Positions 18,245 to 27,303 of a stretch of DNA of 32,000 bases are shown here, in pieces (positions within the stretch are counted from its first letter, which is position 1; every line of letters begins with the position of its first letter). A program made the position numbers and the translations under genes. The notes under the pieces are model-generated. The model saw only the letters and a program-made list of their open reading frames with translations, ran no database searches and was not told where the DNA came from. Origin of the DNA: an uncultured Anaerofustis sp. (GTDB lineage Bacteria; Bacillota; Clostridia; Eubacteriales; Anaerofustaceae); NCBI GenBank assembly GCA_963674555.1, contig OY771429.1:1311845-1343844 (forward strand). The letters run 5' to 3'.

Positions 18245-19384
18245 ATGTTATATAGGAAATTCGGAAAAACAAATGAAGATGTATCTATTTTAGGATTTGG
18301 ATGCATGAGATTGCCTTTGATTGAAGGCGGTGATCCATCGCAGATCGATGAAGAGTTATCCGTTAAATTGGTGCGCTACGCGATCGATGAGGGTGTCAAT
18401 TATATTGATACCGCTTATCCGTATCACGGAACAAGCAGGACAAGCGGCGGCGCAAGCGAACCTTTTGTGGCAAAGGCGTTAAAAGACGGCTACCGCGACA
18501 AAGTCAATATCGCGACGAAATTGCCGAGTTGGTTAGTTAATACCAGAGAAGATATGGATCGATTACTCAACGAACAGTTGGAACGTCTCGAAACAGATCA
18601 TATCGATTTTTATTTGGTACACGGTATCAACGCCGAACGTTGGCCGGTATTGAAAGCTGCGGGTTTTGGCGAGTTCTTAGATGCGGCGATCGCTGACGGC
18701 AGGATCCGCTACGCAGGATTCTCATTCCATGACAAGCTCGATCTTTTCATAGAGATCGTCGATTATTATGATTGGTCATTCTGTCAGATACAACTCAACT
18801 ATTTGGATATCGCGTTTCAAGCGGGTATCACCGGATTGGAATACGCGGCAAGCAAAAACCTCGGAATAACCATCATGGAACCGCTCAAAGGCGGAAAACT
18901 TGCCAATCAATTACCTGAGGAAGCGTTGGATATCTTCAATCAAGCTTCTGTGAAACGCACACCTGCCGATTGGGCACTGCGTTGGGTCTATAACAGACCG
19001 GAAGTTTCGGTAGCGCTCAGCGGCATGAATTCCATGGAACAAGTTAAAGAGAACCTTCAAACAGCAAGCGAAGCGGAAGCGAATGCTTTAACAGCCGAAG
19101 AAATGGAAATGTTCGAAAAGATCCACGCGATCTTCCAAGAAAAAAATAAAGTGGGCTGCACGACTTGCGGATACTGCATGCCGTGTCCATCGGGTGTCAA
19201 TATCCCGGGTTGCTTTACGGCTTATAACAATTTCTATATCTTTGATGAAAATATGTATTGGGTCGTATCACCCGATCAAAAAGCGTCCAATTGTGTGGAA
19301 TGCGGCGAATGCGAAACAAAATGTCCGCAGAGCATCAATATCATCGATGAATTGAAAAACGTGACCGCTGCTTTGGAAAATTAA
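18245..19384 (+). CDS. Aldo/keto reductase with C-terminal 4Fe-4S ferredoxin-type domain
   Basis: AKR N-terminus MLYRKFGKT...SILGFGCMRLP, IDTAYPYH. C-terminal Cys clusters CTTCGYCMPCP and CVECGECETKCP. The SD GGAGGGAG precedes the 18245 ATG. Confidence 0.8.
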   Translation: MLYRKFGKTNEDVSILGFGCMRLPLIEGGDPSQIDEELSVKLVRYAIDEGVNYIDTAYPYHGTSRTSGGASEPFVAKALKDGYRDKVNIATKLPSWLVNTREDMDRLLNEQLERLETDHIDFYLVHGINAERWPVLKAAGFGEFLDAAIADGRIRYAGFSFHDKLDLFIEIVDYYDWSFCQIQLNYLDIAFQAGITGLEYAASKNLGITIMEPLKGGKLANQLPEEALDIFNQASVKRTPADWALRWVYNRPEVSVALSGMNSMEQVKENLQTASEAEANALTAEEMEMFEKIHAIFQEKNKVGCTTCGYCMPCPSGVNIPGCFTAYNNFYIFDENMYWVVSPDQKASNCVECGECETKCPQSINIIDELKNVTAALEN

Positions 19385-19405
19385 ATAATATATGCCATAT
19401 ATATG

Positions 19406-19440
19406 ATATAACGGCTTGTATTGAGCCGTTATATTATTAT
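19406..19440 (+). terminator. Possible terminator of the AKR gene (weak U-tract)
   Basis: 11-bp stem ATATAACGGCT (19406-19416) / AGCCGTTATAT (19424-19434), 7-nt loop. The tail TATTAT is not a clean T-run. Confidence 0.45.
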
Positions 19441-19443
19441 AAT
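19416..19443 (+). promoter_or_regulatory. Putative lar operon promoter
   Basis: TTGTAT (19416-19421), 16-nt spacer, TATAAT (19438-19443). It overlaps the hairpin above. Confidence 0.45.
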
Positions 19444-19499
19444 AAAAGGTAAGATTCGATAACTTCGATATCTCAGATCCTATGAGAGGAAGAGATTGC

Positions 19500-20726
19500 A
19501 TGAGAATATTATATTACGATTGTTTCAGCGGTATCAGCGGTGATATGAACCTAGGGGCGATGATCGATCTGGGTATGCCCGAAGCATATTTGACAAGCGA
19601 ACTTGCGAAGTTGAACTTGCAAGACGAATATACATTATCGTTCAGAAAAGACAGAAAGAAAGAGATCACAGGGACGAAGGTCGATGTGATCTTAACAAAC
19701 GAAGTACCGCCGCATGATCATTCGCATCATGAAGAACGTACGCATGAGGGGCATGAACATCATGCGCACAGACATCTTGCGGATATCCAAGCACTCATTG
19801 ATCAAAGTGATTTGAGCAGGCGCGTTAAATACAACAGTAAAGACATGTTTATGCGTCTCGCGGAAGCGGAAGCTAAGATACACGGAACCTCGGTCGACGA
19901 AGTGATCTTCCACGAAGTCGGCGCGATCGACTCGATCGTGGATGTTATCGGCGCGGCGATCGCATTCGATTATTTTAAAGCGGATATGATCTACTCTTCA
20001 TCCGTGCAAGTCGGAGGCGGTTTCGTCAAATGCGCACACGGACTGATCCCTGTGCCTGCGCCTTCAACATTGGAGATATTAAAAGGCGTACCGCTTAAAT
20101 CAGGCATCGTACAATTTGAAACAACGACACCGACGGGCGCGGCAATACTGGCTGCGAACGTTACGCAGTTTACGGATGATTTGTCATACCCGATACAAAA
20201 GATCGGTTACGGGCTAGGCACAAAGGATTTTGATATCCCGAATGTGTTGCGTGTTTATCTGATCGAAACGCAAGATATGAATATAACCGAAGAACAATAT
20301 ATACTAGAGACGAATATCGATGATATGAATCCCGAACTTTACGGATATATAGAAGAGAAACTCTTTGAGAACGGCGCGTTGGACGTATTCAAAACACCGA
20401 TCATTATGAAAAAAGGAAGACCGGCAGTTAAACTCAGTGTTTTAGTCGATCAGTCACATGAGAAAAAAGTGACGGACATACTCTTTAAAGAAACGACATC
20501 GCTCGGACTGCGCAAATTCAGTGTGGAAAAAGTGATGATAAAAAGAGAATTCATAACACTGGATACGAAATACGGTACTGTCAGCGTAAAGAAAGCATAC
20601 GCAGCTGATTCAACAGTGAAATATAAAGCGGAATACGAAGACTGTAAAAAAGCGGCGATCGCCAATCATGTGCCGATCACGGAAGTGTACAGAGAAGTCG
20701 ATCTGCTTATGCAAAAAGATTTATAA
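19500..20726 (+). CDS. larC: Nickel-pincer nucleotide cofactor biosynthesis protein LarC (nickel insertion, DUF111 family)
   Basis: N-terminus MRILYYDCFSGISGDMNLGAMIDLG. His-rich nickel-binding stretch PPHDHSHHEERTHEGHEHHAHRH. It is a single uninterrupted ORF. The SD GAGAGGAAGAG precedes the 19500 ATG. Confidence 0.9.
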   Translation: MRILYYDCFSGISGDMNLGAMIDLGMPEAYLTSELAKLNLQDEYTLSFRKDRKKEITGTKVDVILTNEVPPHDHSHHEERTHEGHEHHAHRHLADIQALIDQSDLSRRVKYNSKDMFMRLAEAEAKIHGTSVDEVIFHEVGAIDSIVDVIGAAIAFDYFKADMIYSSSVQVGGGFVKCAHGLIPVPAPSTLEILKGVPLKSGIVQFETTTPTGAAILAANVTQFTDDLSYPIQKIGYGLGTKDFDIPNVLRVYLIETQDMNITEEQYILETNIDDMNPELYGYIEEKLFENGALDVFKTPIIMKKGRPAVKLSVLVDQSHEKKVTDILFKETTSLGLRKFSVEKVMIKREFITLDTKYGTVSVKKAYAADSTVKYKAEYEDCKKAAIANHVPITEVYREVDLLMQKDL

Positions 20727-20755
20727 AGAATAACTCATATTGAAAGGCGTAACTT

Positions 20756-21571
20756 ATGGATGCGCATGAAAAGTTAGAATTACTTAAAAAAAACATACAA
20801 GCGCGCGGCAATTTAGCTGTCGCATTTTCGGGCGGTGTAGACAGCACGTTTTTGATCAAAGTGGCTTCTCAAGTATTGGGAAAAAAAGCCGTAGCGATAA
20901 CAGCACGTGCTGCAGCATTTCCTTTAAAAGAATTTGAAGAAGCCGTAGCATTTACGAAGCAAATCGGTGTACAGCATATCATTATAGACGCGGACGTGTT
21001 CGCGTTTCCGCATTTTTCGGAAAATCCGAAAGAACGTTGCTATTATTGCAAAAAAGCGATCTTCGGTAAGATCACAGAAGCCGCCAAAGCACACGATATC
21101 GATACGATCGCTGACGGAAGTAATGTCGATGACGATTCGGATTACAGACCCGGAATGAAAGCGATCGCTGAATTAAAGGTCGTCAGTCCGTTAAAAGAAG
21201 TCGGTTTGACCAAAGAGGATATACGGTTGCTATCCAAAGAAATGGGACTACCCACTTGGGACAAACAATCTTCGGCTTGTTTGGCTTCACGTATTCCATA
21301 CGGTCAGCCCATCACAAAAGAGAATTTAAGTATGGTCGAACGCGCGGAAAATTATCTGACAGGACTTGGTTTCAAACAGGTTCGTGTCCGTCATCACAAC
21401 GATTTGGCGCGTATTGAAGTCGGAGCGGACGAGCAGTCCCGTTTTTGCGAAAACGGTTTGATGCAACAAGTACATGATGAACTTAAAAAGATCGGCTATA
21501 CGTTTGTAACGCTTGATATGCAAGGGTACCGAATGGGCAGCATGAATGAAGCGATCCTTAAAGATCAGTAA
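20756..21571 (+). CDS. larE: ATP-dependent sacrificial sulfur transferase LarE (PP-loop ATPase)
   Basis: PP-loop AFSGGVDST and a conserved Cys region (SSACLASRIPYG), flanked by larC and larB. Confidence 0.9.
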   Translation: MDAHEKLELLKKNIQARGNLAVAFSGGVDSTFLIKVASQVLGKKAVAITARAAAFPLKEFEEAVAFTKQIGVQHIIIDADVFAFPHFSENPKERCYYCKKAIFGKITEAAKAHDIDTIADGSNVDDDSDYRPGMKAIAELKVVSPLKEVGLTKEDIRLLSKEMGLPTWDKQSSACLASRIPYGQPITKENLSMVERAENYLTGLGFKQVRVRHHNDLARIEVGADEQSRFCENGLMQQVHDELKKIGYTFVTLDMQGYRMGSMNEAILKDQ

Positions 21572-21614
21572 GATAAAGTAACAAGATAATGACGAGCGAT
21601 GAGGAGGTCCGTAC

Positions 21615-22361
21615 ATGGATAAAAATGAAATGAAACAATTGCTTGAATCCGTTAAAAGCGGTGAGACTTCGATCGATACGGCGATGGAAGAACTGATAGA
21701 TCTGCCTTATAAAGATCTCGGTTTTGCAAAAATAGACAACCATCGCGAACTTCGCGTCGGATATCCCGAAGTGATCTATTGCGCGGGCAAAACTGTACAA
21801 CAAGTAAGAGATATCGTTGCGTTCATGCTGACAAAAAACTGTAATATTTTAGCTACGCGCGCAAACGAAGAAATGTATCTTGCCGTTAAAGAGCTTTGTG
21901 CGGATGCGCAATACAACGCATTGGGCGGGGTCATCACGATAAGAAAAAATGAGAAAGAACTGACGGAAAGCTATATCGCAATCGTTTCAGCCGGAACATC
22001 GGATCAGTCGGTCGTTGAAGAAGCTGCGGAAACCGCACTTATTTTAGGCAATCGCGTAGAGAAGATCAACGACGTAGGTGTCGCGGGTATCCATCGTTTG
22101 CTTTCAAAAATGCAGATCGTACGCGGCGCGAGAGTCGTGATCGTCGTTGCGGGTATGGAAGGCGCGCTTGCAAGCGTGGTCGGTGGTATGGTCGATAAAC
22201 CTGTGATCGCCGTACCCACGAGCGTGGGATACGGGGCGAGCTTCGGCGGATTATCGGCACTGCTTACGATGCTTAACAGTTGCGCAAGCGGTGTGACCGT
22301 CGTGAATATAGACAACGGATTCGGAGCAGCTTACACGGCTTCGATGATCAATCAATTATAA
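21615..22361 (+). CDS. larB: NaAD carboxylase/hydrolase LarB (PurE-like)
   Basis: The N-terminal helical region is followed by an AIR-carboxylase-like domain (IVSAGTSDQ...VVAGMEGALASVVGG...PVIAVPTSVGYG). The SD GAGGAGG is upstream. Confidence 0.9.
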   Translation: MDKNEMKQLLESVKSGETSIDTAMEELIDLPYKDLGFAKIDNHRELRVGYPEVIYCAGKTVQQVRDIVAFMLTKNCNILATRANEEMYLAVKELCADAQYNALGGVITIRKNEKELTESYIAIVSAGTSDQSVVEEAAETALILGNRVEKINDVGVAGIHRLLSKMQIVRGARVVIVVAGMEGALASVVGGMVDKPVIAVPTSVGYGASFGGLSALLTMLNSCASGVTVVNIDNGFGAAYTASMINQL

Positions 22362-22406
22362 ATAAAAATATAAAATTCGTATTTGTAAAAATGAGAGGAA
22401 GACAAA

Positions 22407-23366
22407 ATGATCGTATCATTATTCGATGATGAAATAGAGTACAAGTTCGCTGTGGAAGAACTAAAGATGTTGGAAGACAAGCTCGGTGAAAAAATACTGC
22501 GTTGCAAAACAAAAGATGACGCGCTAAGGGCTTTACCCGAAGCGGATATCATCGTGACATTGGGCAGCGGACCGTTTGCGATCCCTTTAGACCAAGATCT
22601 ATTGAATGTATGCGCAAAGCTCAAATTAGTCCTGTGCTTTAACGCGGGTGTTGAAGAATTACCGCTTAATGCCCTAAAAGAAATGGGTGTAACAGTTGGT
22701 AACGGACAAGGCGCGCACGGCAGCACGATCGCCGAATATGTCATAGGCGGTATGATCGCTCTTAATCGTAAATTCAATATGTTTATGAAAAATCAGCAAG
22801 AACATGATTGGGTGCGCTCGGCGCCGGGTTGGAACCTCGAAGGCAAGACAGTTTGTGTGATCGGGACCGGAAGCATCGGGCGAGTGATCGGTAAAAAAGC
22901 ATCGAATATGGATATGCGTGTTATCGGTGTTCGCAAGCATCCGCAACAGATGGACTATTTTGAAGACGTTATGGGTGCTGATCGATTAAACGATGCGCTT
23001 AAACAAAGTGATTATATCGTTCTTGTTATGCCTCTTACGGAAGAAACGTACCATATGTTGGGGAAAGAACAATTCGCGCTTATGAAAGACGAGGCTGTTA
23101 TCGTCAATGTTTCGCGCGGCGATACGATAGATGAAGAAGCAATGATCGAAGCGTTGAAAGACGGGCAGATCAGAGGCGCCGTGCTCGATGTGTTCCATAA
23201 GGAACCGCTTCCGAAAGACAGTCCATTATGGGATATGGACAATGTGATCGTGACACCGCATATCGCGGGCCCGTCATTAAATACGCAGCAAAACGCTGTC
23301 GAGATCATATATGATAAAATTATCAAATTCAGAAACAACGAAGAAATACCGAACAAGATCATTTGA
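22407..23366 (+). CDS. D-isomer-specific 2-hydroxyacid dehydrogenase family, NAD-binding
   Basis: Rossmann motif GTGSIGRVIG. The catalytic Arg/Glu/His context is present (NVSRGD, LDVFHKEPLP, TPHIAG). Confidence 0.85.
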   Translation: MIVSLFDDEIEYKFAVEELKMLEDKLGEKILRCKTKDDALRALPEADIIVTLGSGPFAIPLDQDLLNVCAKLKLVLCFNAGVEELPLNALKEMGVTVGNGQGAHGSTIAEYVIGGMIALNRKFNMFMKNQQEHDWVRSAPGWNLEGKTVCVIGTGSIGRVIGKKASNMDMRVIGVRKHPQQMDYFEDVMGADRLNDALKQSDYIVLVMPLTEETYHMLGKEQFALMKDEAVIVNVSRGDTIDEEAMIEALKDGQIRGAVLDVFHKEPLPKDSPLWDMDNVIVTPHIAGPSLNTQQNAVEIIYDKIIKFRNNEEIPNKII

Positions 23367-23404
23367 TCGCATCTAAAAAAGTTCATTATGAATGGGGGAG
23401 AACA

Positions 23405-24199
23405 ATGAAGAAAATAATCATTATCTTATTAAGTATTTTACTTATCGCAAGCTTGTTTACAGGTTGCGCGAAAGAAGAAACGGAACCGCTTGTCGTTGGG
23501 ATGGAACTGGCTTATCCGCCGTTTGAAACCAAAGACGACAACGGAGACCCGAGCGGTATCAGCGTTGATATGGCTTACGCATTAGGGGAATATTTGGGCA
23601 GAGAAGTCGTGATCGAAAACACAAATTGGGACGGGCTTATACCGTCGTTGCAAACAGGTAAAGTGGATGTTGTTATATCCTCTATGACGATCACGGAAGA
23701 ACGCGGCGAAGTCGTTGACTTCTCAGATCCGTACGCAAAAGCGTATTTGGCGTTGCTCGTTAATAAAGATTCAGGTATCACAAGCGTGGAAGAACTGAAT
23801 CAAAGCGGCAATATCATTGCAGTGAAAAAAGGGACAACGGGTAATATTTACGCGGATAACGTATTAACAAATACTACCGTCAACGCGCTTACTTCGGAGA
23901 GCGCATGTGTCACGGAAGTCACACAAGGCAAAGCGGACGCTTTCATTTACGATCAACTGACCATCTACAGACAAAATCAAGCGAATCCCAATACGACGAT
24001 CGCTGTGATGATACCCGGACAAGAAGCTGAAAATTGGGGAATGGCCGTTAATAAAGGCAATGATGAACTGCTTGCGCAGATCAACGCGTTTATTGCGGAA
24101 TATAAGGCTGACGGAGGGTTTGAAACCTTGACCGAAAAATATCTCTCGGAAGAGAAAGCGACATTTGACGGACTCGGTTTTCCATGGTTCTTCGACTAA
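23405..24199 (+). CDS. Polar amino-acid ABC transporter substrate-binding lipoprotein (SBP family 3)
   Basis: Signal peptide with lipobox FTGC. Family-3 pattern: G.ELAYPPFE, SGISVDMA, TNWDGLIPSLQTGKVDVVISSMTIT.ER. The SD GGGGGAG precedes the 23405 ATG. Confidence 0.85.
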   Translation: MKKIIIILLSILLIASLFTGCAKEETEPLVVGMELAYPPFETKDDNGDPSGISVDMAYALGEYLGREVVIENTNWDGLIPSLQTGKVDVVISSMTITEERGEVVDFSDPYAKAYLALLVNKDSGITSVEELNQSGNIIAVKKGTTGNIYADNVLTNTTVNALTSESACVTEVTQGKADAFIYDQLTIYRQNQANPNTTIAVMIPGQEAENWGMAVNKGNDELLAQINAFIAEYKADGGFETLTEKYLSEEKATFDGLGFPWFFD

Positions 24200-24208
24200 G
24201 GAGCATTC

Positions 24209-24985
24209 ATGAATCGACCTCAGAATCAAAAACCCGGCAAGACGGTCAAGTTCTTGAGCGCCGTAGCGGTCGCTGTGATCTTGATCGGCTTTGTCGGGCT
24301 TTCCGTACATTTGATCGGATTGAAGTTGGACTTCTCAACGTTGATCAGATACCGTAGCAGATTGTGGCAGGGCTTTGTTGCCACAGTCGTCATCTCTTTA
24401 GGCAGTTTGGTCATCAGTTTACTGATCGGACTTATTACCGCGCTCGGACAAAACGCCAAAAATCTGATCCTTAATTATTTGTGCAGAGCGTACGTGCAGA
24501 TCATACGCGGCACACCGCTTTTGGTGCAGATCTATTTTTTCTATTACATCATCGGTACCGCGTGGGGGATCGATAGCCGCTATATAGCGGGCATTTTGAT
24601 CTTATCGATCTTCGAAGGCGCTTATATTTCAGAGATCATCCGAGGCGGTTTTGAAAGCATTGACAGACAGCAATATGAGATCGCAAGAGCGATCGGATTA
24701 ACCTCGGCTCAAACGTTTCAATATGTTACGGTGCCGATCTTATTATCGCGCATATTGCCTGCTTTGGCGGGACAATTTGCTTCGATCATCAAAGACTCGT
24801 CTCTGCTCTCGGTAATAGCTGTCATCGAACTCACGCAAACGACGCAAGAGATATCCGCGACGAATTTTAGGTTATTCGAAAACTATTTTTTTGTCGGGAT
24901 ACTTTATTTCGTTTTAACTTTCACGGTATCGCTGATTTCAAAAAGATTGGAGAAACAGTACAATCATGAATTTAGAAATCAATAA
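24209..24985 (+). CDS. Polar amino-acid ABC transporter permease (His/Glu/Gln/Arg/opine family)
   Basis: IRGTPLLVQIYFFYY and the EAA-like loop (...YEIARAIGLTSAQTF..V.LP). The SD TAAGGAG is upstream. Confidence 0.85.
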   Translation: MNRPQNQKPGKTVKFLSAVAVAVILIGFVGLSVHLIGLKLDFSTLIRYRSRLWQGFVATVVISLGSLVISLLIGLITALGQNAKNLILNYLCRAYVQIIRGTPLLVQIYFFYYIIGTAWGIDSRYIAGILILSIFEGAYISEIIRGGFESIDRQQYEIARAIGLTSAQTFQYVTVPILLSRILPALAGQFASIIKDSSLLSVIAVIELTQTTQEISATNFRLFENYFFVGILYFVLTFTVSLISKRLEKQYNHEFRNQ

Positions 24986-25700
24986 TATCTGTAAAAGTTT
25001 CGGTGATGAAGATGTTTTGCAGGATGTTTGTTATCATGATGACATTACATCCGTAGCCGTGATCGGTCCGTCTGGTGGGGGCAAATCGACTTTGCTTCGT
25101 ATCATTGGCGGATTATTGATCCCAGATTCGGGATCGATAAAAATGGACGCAAAAGAAGTTATTTTTACGGAAAAAGAATTGCACACCTATCGGAAAGATA
25201 TCGGTTTTGTTTTTCAATCAAACGGTCTTTTTGAGCATTTAACCGCGACTGAAAACGTCACATTACCGCTGATCCGTACATTTAATATTGATAAAACCGA
25301 GGCGGTCGACACAGCACATAACCTATTCGAGCGATTCGGCTTGATCGAAGAGAGAGATAAATACCCTTACCAACTCTCGGGCGGTCAATTGCAACGTATA
25401 GCCATAGCGCGCGCTATCGCGGTAAAACCGAAATTGCTTTTATTGGACGAGCCTACTTCAGCGCTCGATCCCGAGTATACAACTGAAGTTTTGGATATGC
25501 TCGGTGAATTGCAGGCGGAAGGATTGCGAACGATCATCGTTACCCATGAAATGGGTTTTGCGAAAAACGCTTGCGAAAAGATCATTTTCCTAACAAATCA
25601 TACGATCGTGGAAAGCGGAAAAAGCGCGGATATATTCAGTTCAGCAAAAACACCTGAACTGAAAAGTTTCTTAAATAAGATATTGGAATGGCGTGTATGA
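24966..25700 (+). CDS. Polar amino-acid ABC transporter ATP-binding protein
   Basis: Walker A GPSGGGKST, signature LSGGQLQR, Walker B LLLDEPTSALD, H-loop VTHEM. It overlaps the permease gene by 20 nt. Confidence 0.9.
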   Translation: MNLEINNICKSFGDEDVLQDVCYHDDITSVAVIGPSGGGKSTLLRIIGGLLIPDSGSIKMDAKEVIFTEKELHTYRKDIGFVFQSNGLFEHLTATENVTLPLIRTFNIDKTEAVDTAHNLFERFGLIEERDKYPYQLSGGQLQRIAIARAIAVKPKLLLLDEPTSALDPEYTTEVLDMLGELQAEGLRTIIVTHEMGFAKNACEKIIFLTNHTIVESGKSADIFSSAKTPELKSFLNKILEWRV

Positions 25701-25717
25701 TACGTCCGTCATAAATT

Positions 25718-25755
25718 AAAAGAACGCATGATCTTAAGATCATGCGCTTTTTTAT
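25718..25755. terminator. Bidirectional rho-independent terminator closing the lar-ABC unit and the nucleotidase gene
   Basis: Perfect 22-nt palindrome CGCATGATCTTAAGATCATGCG (25725-25746), followed by a T-run and preceded by an A-rich tract. Confidence 0.85.
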
Positions 25756-25762
25756 TTTCTGT

Positions 25763-27232
25763 TTATTCTAATCCTAATACCGTAATGCGACCTTCTACTT
25801 TTGAAGATATGCGGTTGTGCACGGTCAGATATTCGTCAAGAATTTGCAGGCAAGTCGTAGAGGCGATCTTTTGTTTTTCATTTTGTTCCACTTCTTCCAT
25901 CGGTATACCGAAGAAACGATCGAAGTTATTCAAATGGAATCGTTGTATGCCGACGGAATAGACTTTCTCATCATCAAGCGGTTCACCGTTTAAAGTCAAC
26001 TCCACGATCTCTTTTTCGGGATAGGAATACGTCACGAACAGACCTTTACTGAATTGGTAGAACTCCGTTTCGTTAAGATAAGCGTCATCGCGCAATAAAT
26101 GTTTGACCATCCTTTTTAGTTGATCGCCGTTTGCGTAGACACTCATGATCCAGTCATCGTAAGGAAAGGCCTCCGCAAGATCACCGAACGTAACCGTAGG
26201 TCCCAAAGAATTCGTCCTGATACTTCCGGAACCCAAGAACATGATGTCCAAGCCCAAACTCTCTTGGAAAATATCTGCGAAGAGATTACCCATGTCCGTT
26301 TCTCTGTAGCGAACGGGATGCGTAAGCTGGTGCGGAAGATGGGTCAAGATCCTTCCGAATTTTTTATCCGTGATCTCTTTATATTTTTCTATCGTGTGCT
26401 TTAAGTCTTCATTTACCGGGCAGTAAGAACTATCGATCGGAACGAGTTTCCACTCATACGAATCAACGCGGTTTGTATCGGTGTCGATCTTCAGATCGAA
26501 TCTTCCGATCATGTCCGTACCGGTGCCCGCTTGTACGATCAATATATCGTTTACGAGCTCAGGTTCATCCAAAACAGTGTGCGAATGGCCGCCGACGATA
26601 ATGTCCACGCCCCAATTGGGGTCTAAAAGCTCCGCTAATTTCTTGTCTTGTTCAAAGCCGATATGCGTAAGTAATACAGTCAGGTCAATATCTATCGTTT
26701 TATAGTTGTTACAGATCTTACCGACAGCTTCCGCGGCTTCTTCAATATCGACGAAAGAACCTAGGATATCGTCCTGTTTGGCGTAATCCATGATCTCTTC
26801 GGTGAGCAGTCCGATAAACATGATCTTCATGCCGTCGATCTCAATGATGCGGTACGGTTCAAACAATCGCGTCATATTTGATTTGATATATATATTAGCG
26901 TTGATGATCGGGAAATTCGCGCATTTTTCCAGAAATATCAAATGCGCTAATCCGTAATCGATCTCGTGATTGCCCAATGTCGCTACATCCGGGGCTATCA
27001 TATTCATGATCTCGATGGTCGATAATCCTTTGAATTCGCTGTCGATGACCGAGCCTCGAAACATGTCTCCGGCGATCACATACAAGGAGTTGTCTTCTTC
27101 GTTACGAACTTTATTGACATAGCCCGAAAGCATCGAAACACCGCCGAGCAATTGTTTATCGATCTCTTCGGCTAAGAAGTCTCCGTGCATATCGTTTGAA
27201 TGCAGTAGTGTTAAGTTTTTGATATTTGCCAT
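25763..27232 (-). CDS. Bifunctional metallophosphatase / 5'-nucleotidase (UshA/CpdB-like), no signal peptide
   Basis: Calcineurin-like motifs HSNDMHG, GDMF.G, GNHE.DYG, GGHSH. A C-terminal 5'-nucleotidase domain is present. I chose the start at 27232 (MANIKNLTLLH) because of the SD AGGAGAAAG. Confidence 0.85.
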   Translation of the reverse strand: MANIKNLTLLHSNDMHGDFLAEEIDKQLLGGVSMLSGYVNKVRNEEDNSLYVIAGDMFRGSVIDSEFKGLSTIEIMNMIAPDVATLGNHEIDYGLAHLIFLEKCANFPIINANIYIKSNMTRLFEPYRIIEIDGMKIMFIGLLTEEIMDYAKQDDILGSFVDIEEAAEAVGKICNNYKTIDIDLTVLLTHIGFEQDKKLAELLDPNWGVDIIVGGHSHTVLDEPELVNDILIVQAGTGTDMIGRFDLKIDTDTNRVDSYEWKLVPIDSSYCPVNEDLKHTIEKYKEITDKKFGRILTHLPHQLTHPVRYRETDMGNLFADIFQESLGLDIMFLGSGSIRTNSLGPTVTFGDLAEAFPYDDWIMSVYANGDQLKRMVKHLLRDDAYLNETEFYQFSKGLFVTYSYPEKEIVELTLNGEPLDDEKVYSVGIQRFHLNNFDRFFGIPMEEVEQNEKQKIASTTCLQILDEYLTVHNRISSKVEGRITVLGLE

Positions 27233-27303
27233 TGTTCTTTCTCCTATATAGTTTTTTATCTTATGTGAATTAAAAATCATTTAGATCCAGATGAAAGATT
27301 ATT

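Noticed and set aside
19500-20726. Checked for the larC1/larC2 programmed frameshift known from Lactobacillus plantarum.
   Set aside because: The ORF is continuous from the DUF111 N-terminus through the C-terminal domain. No frameshift is needed.
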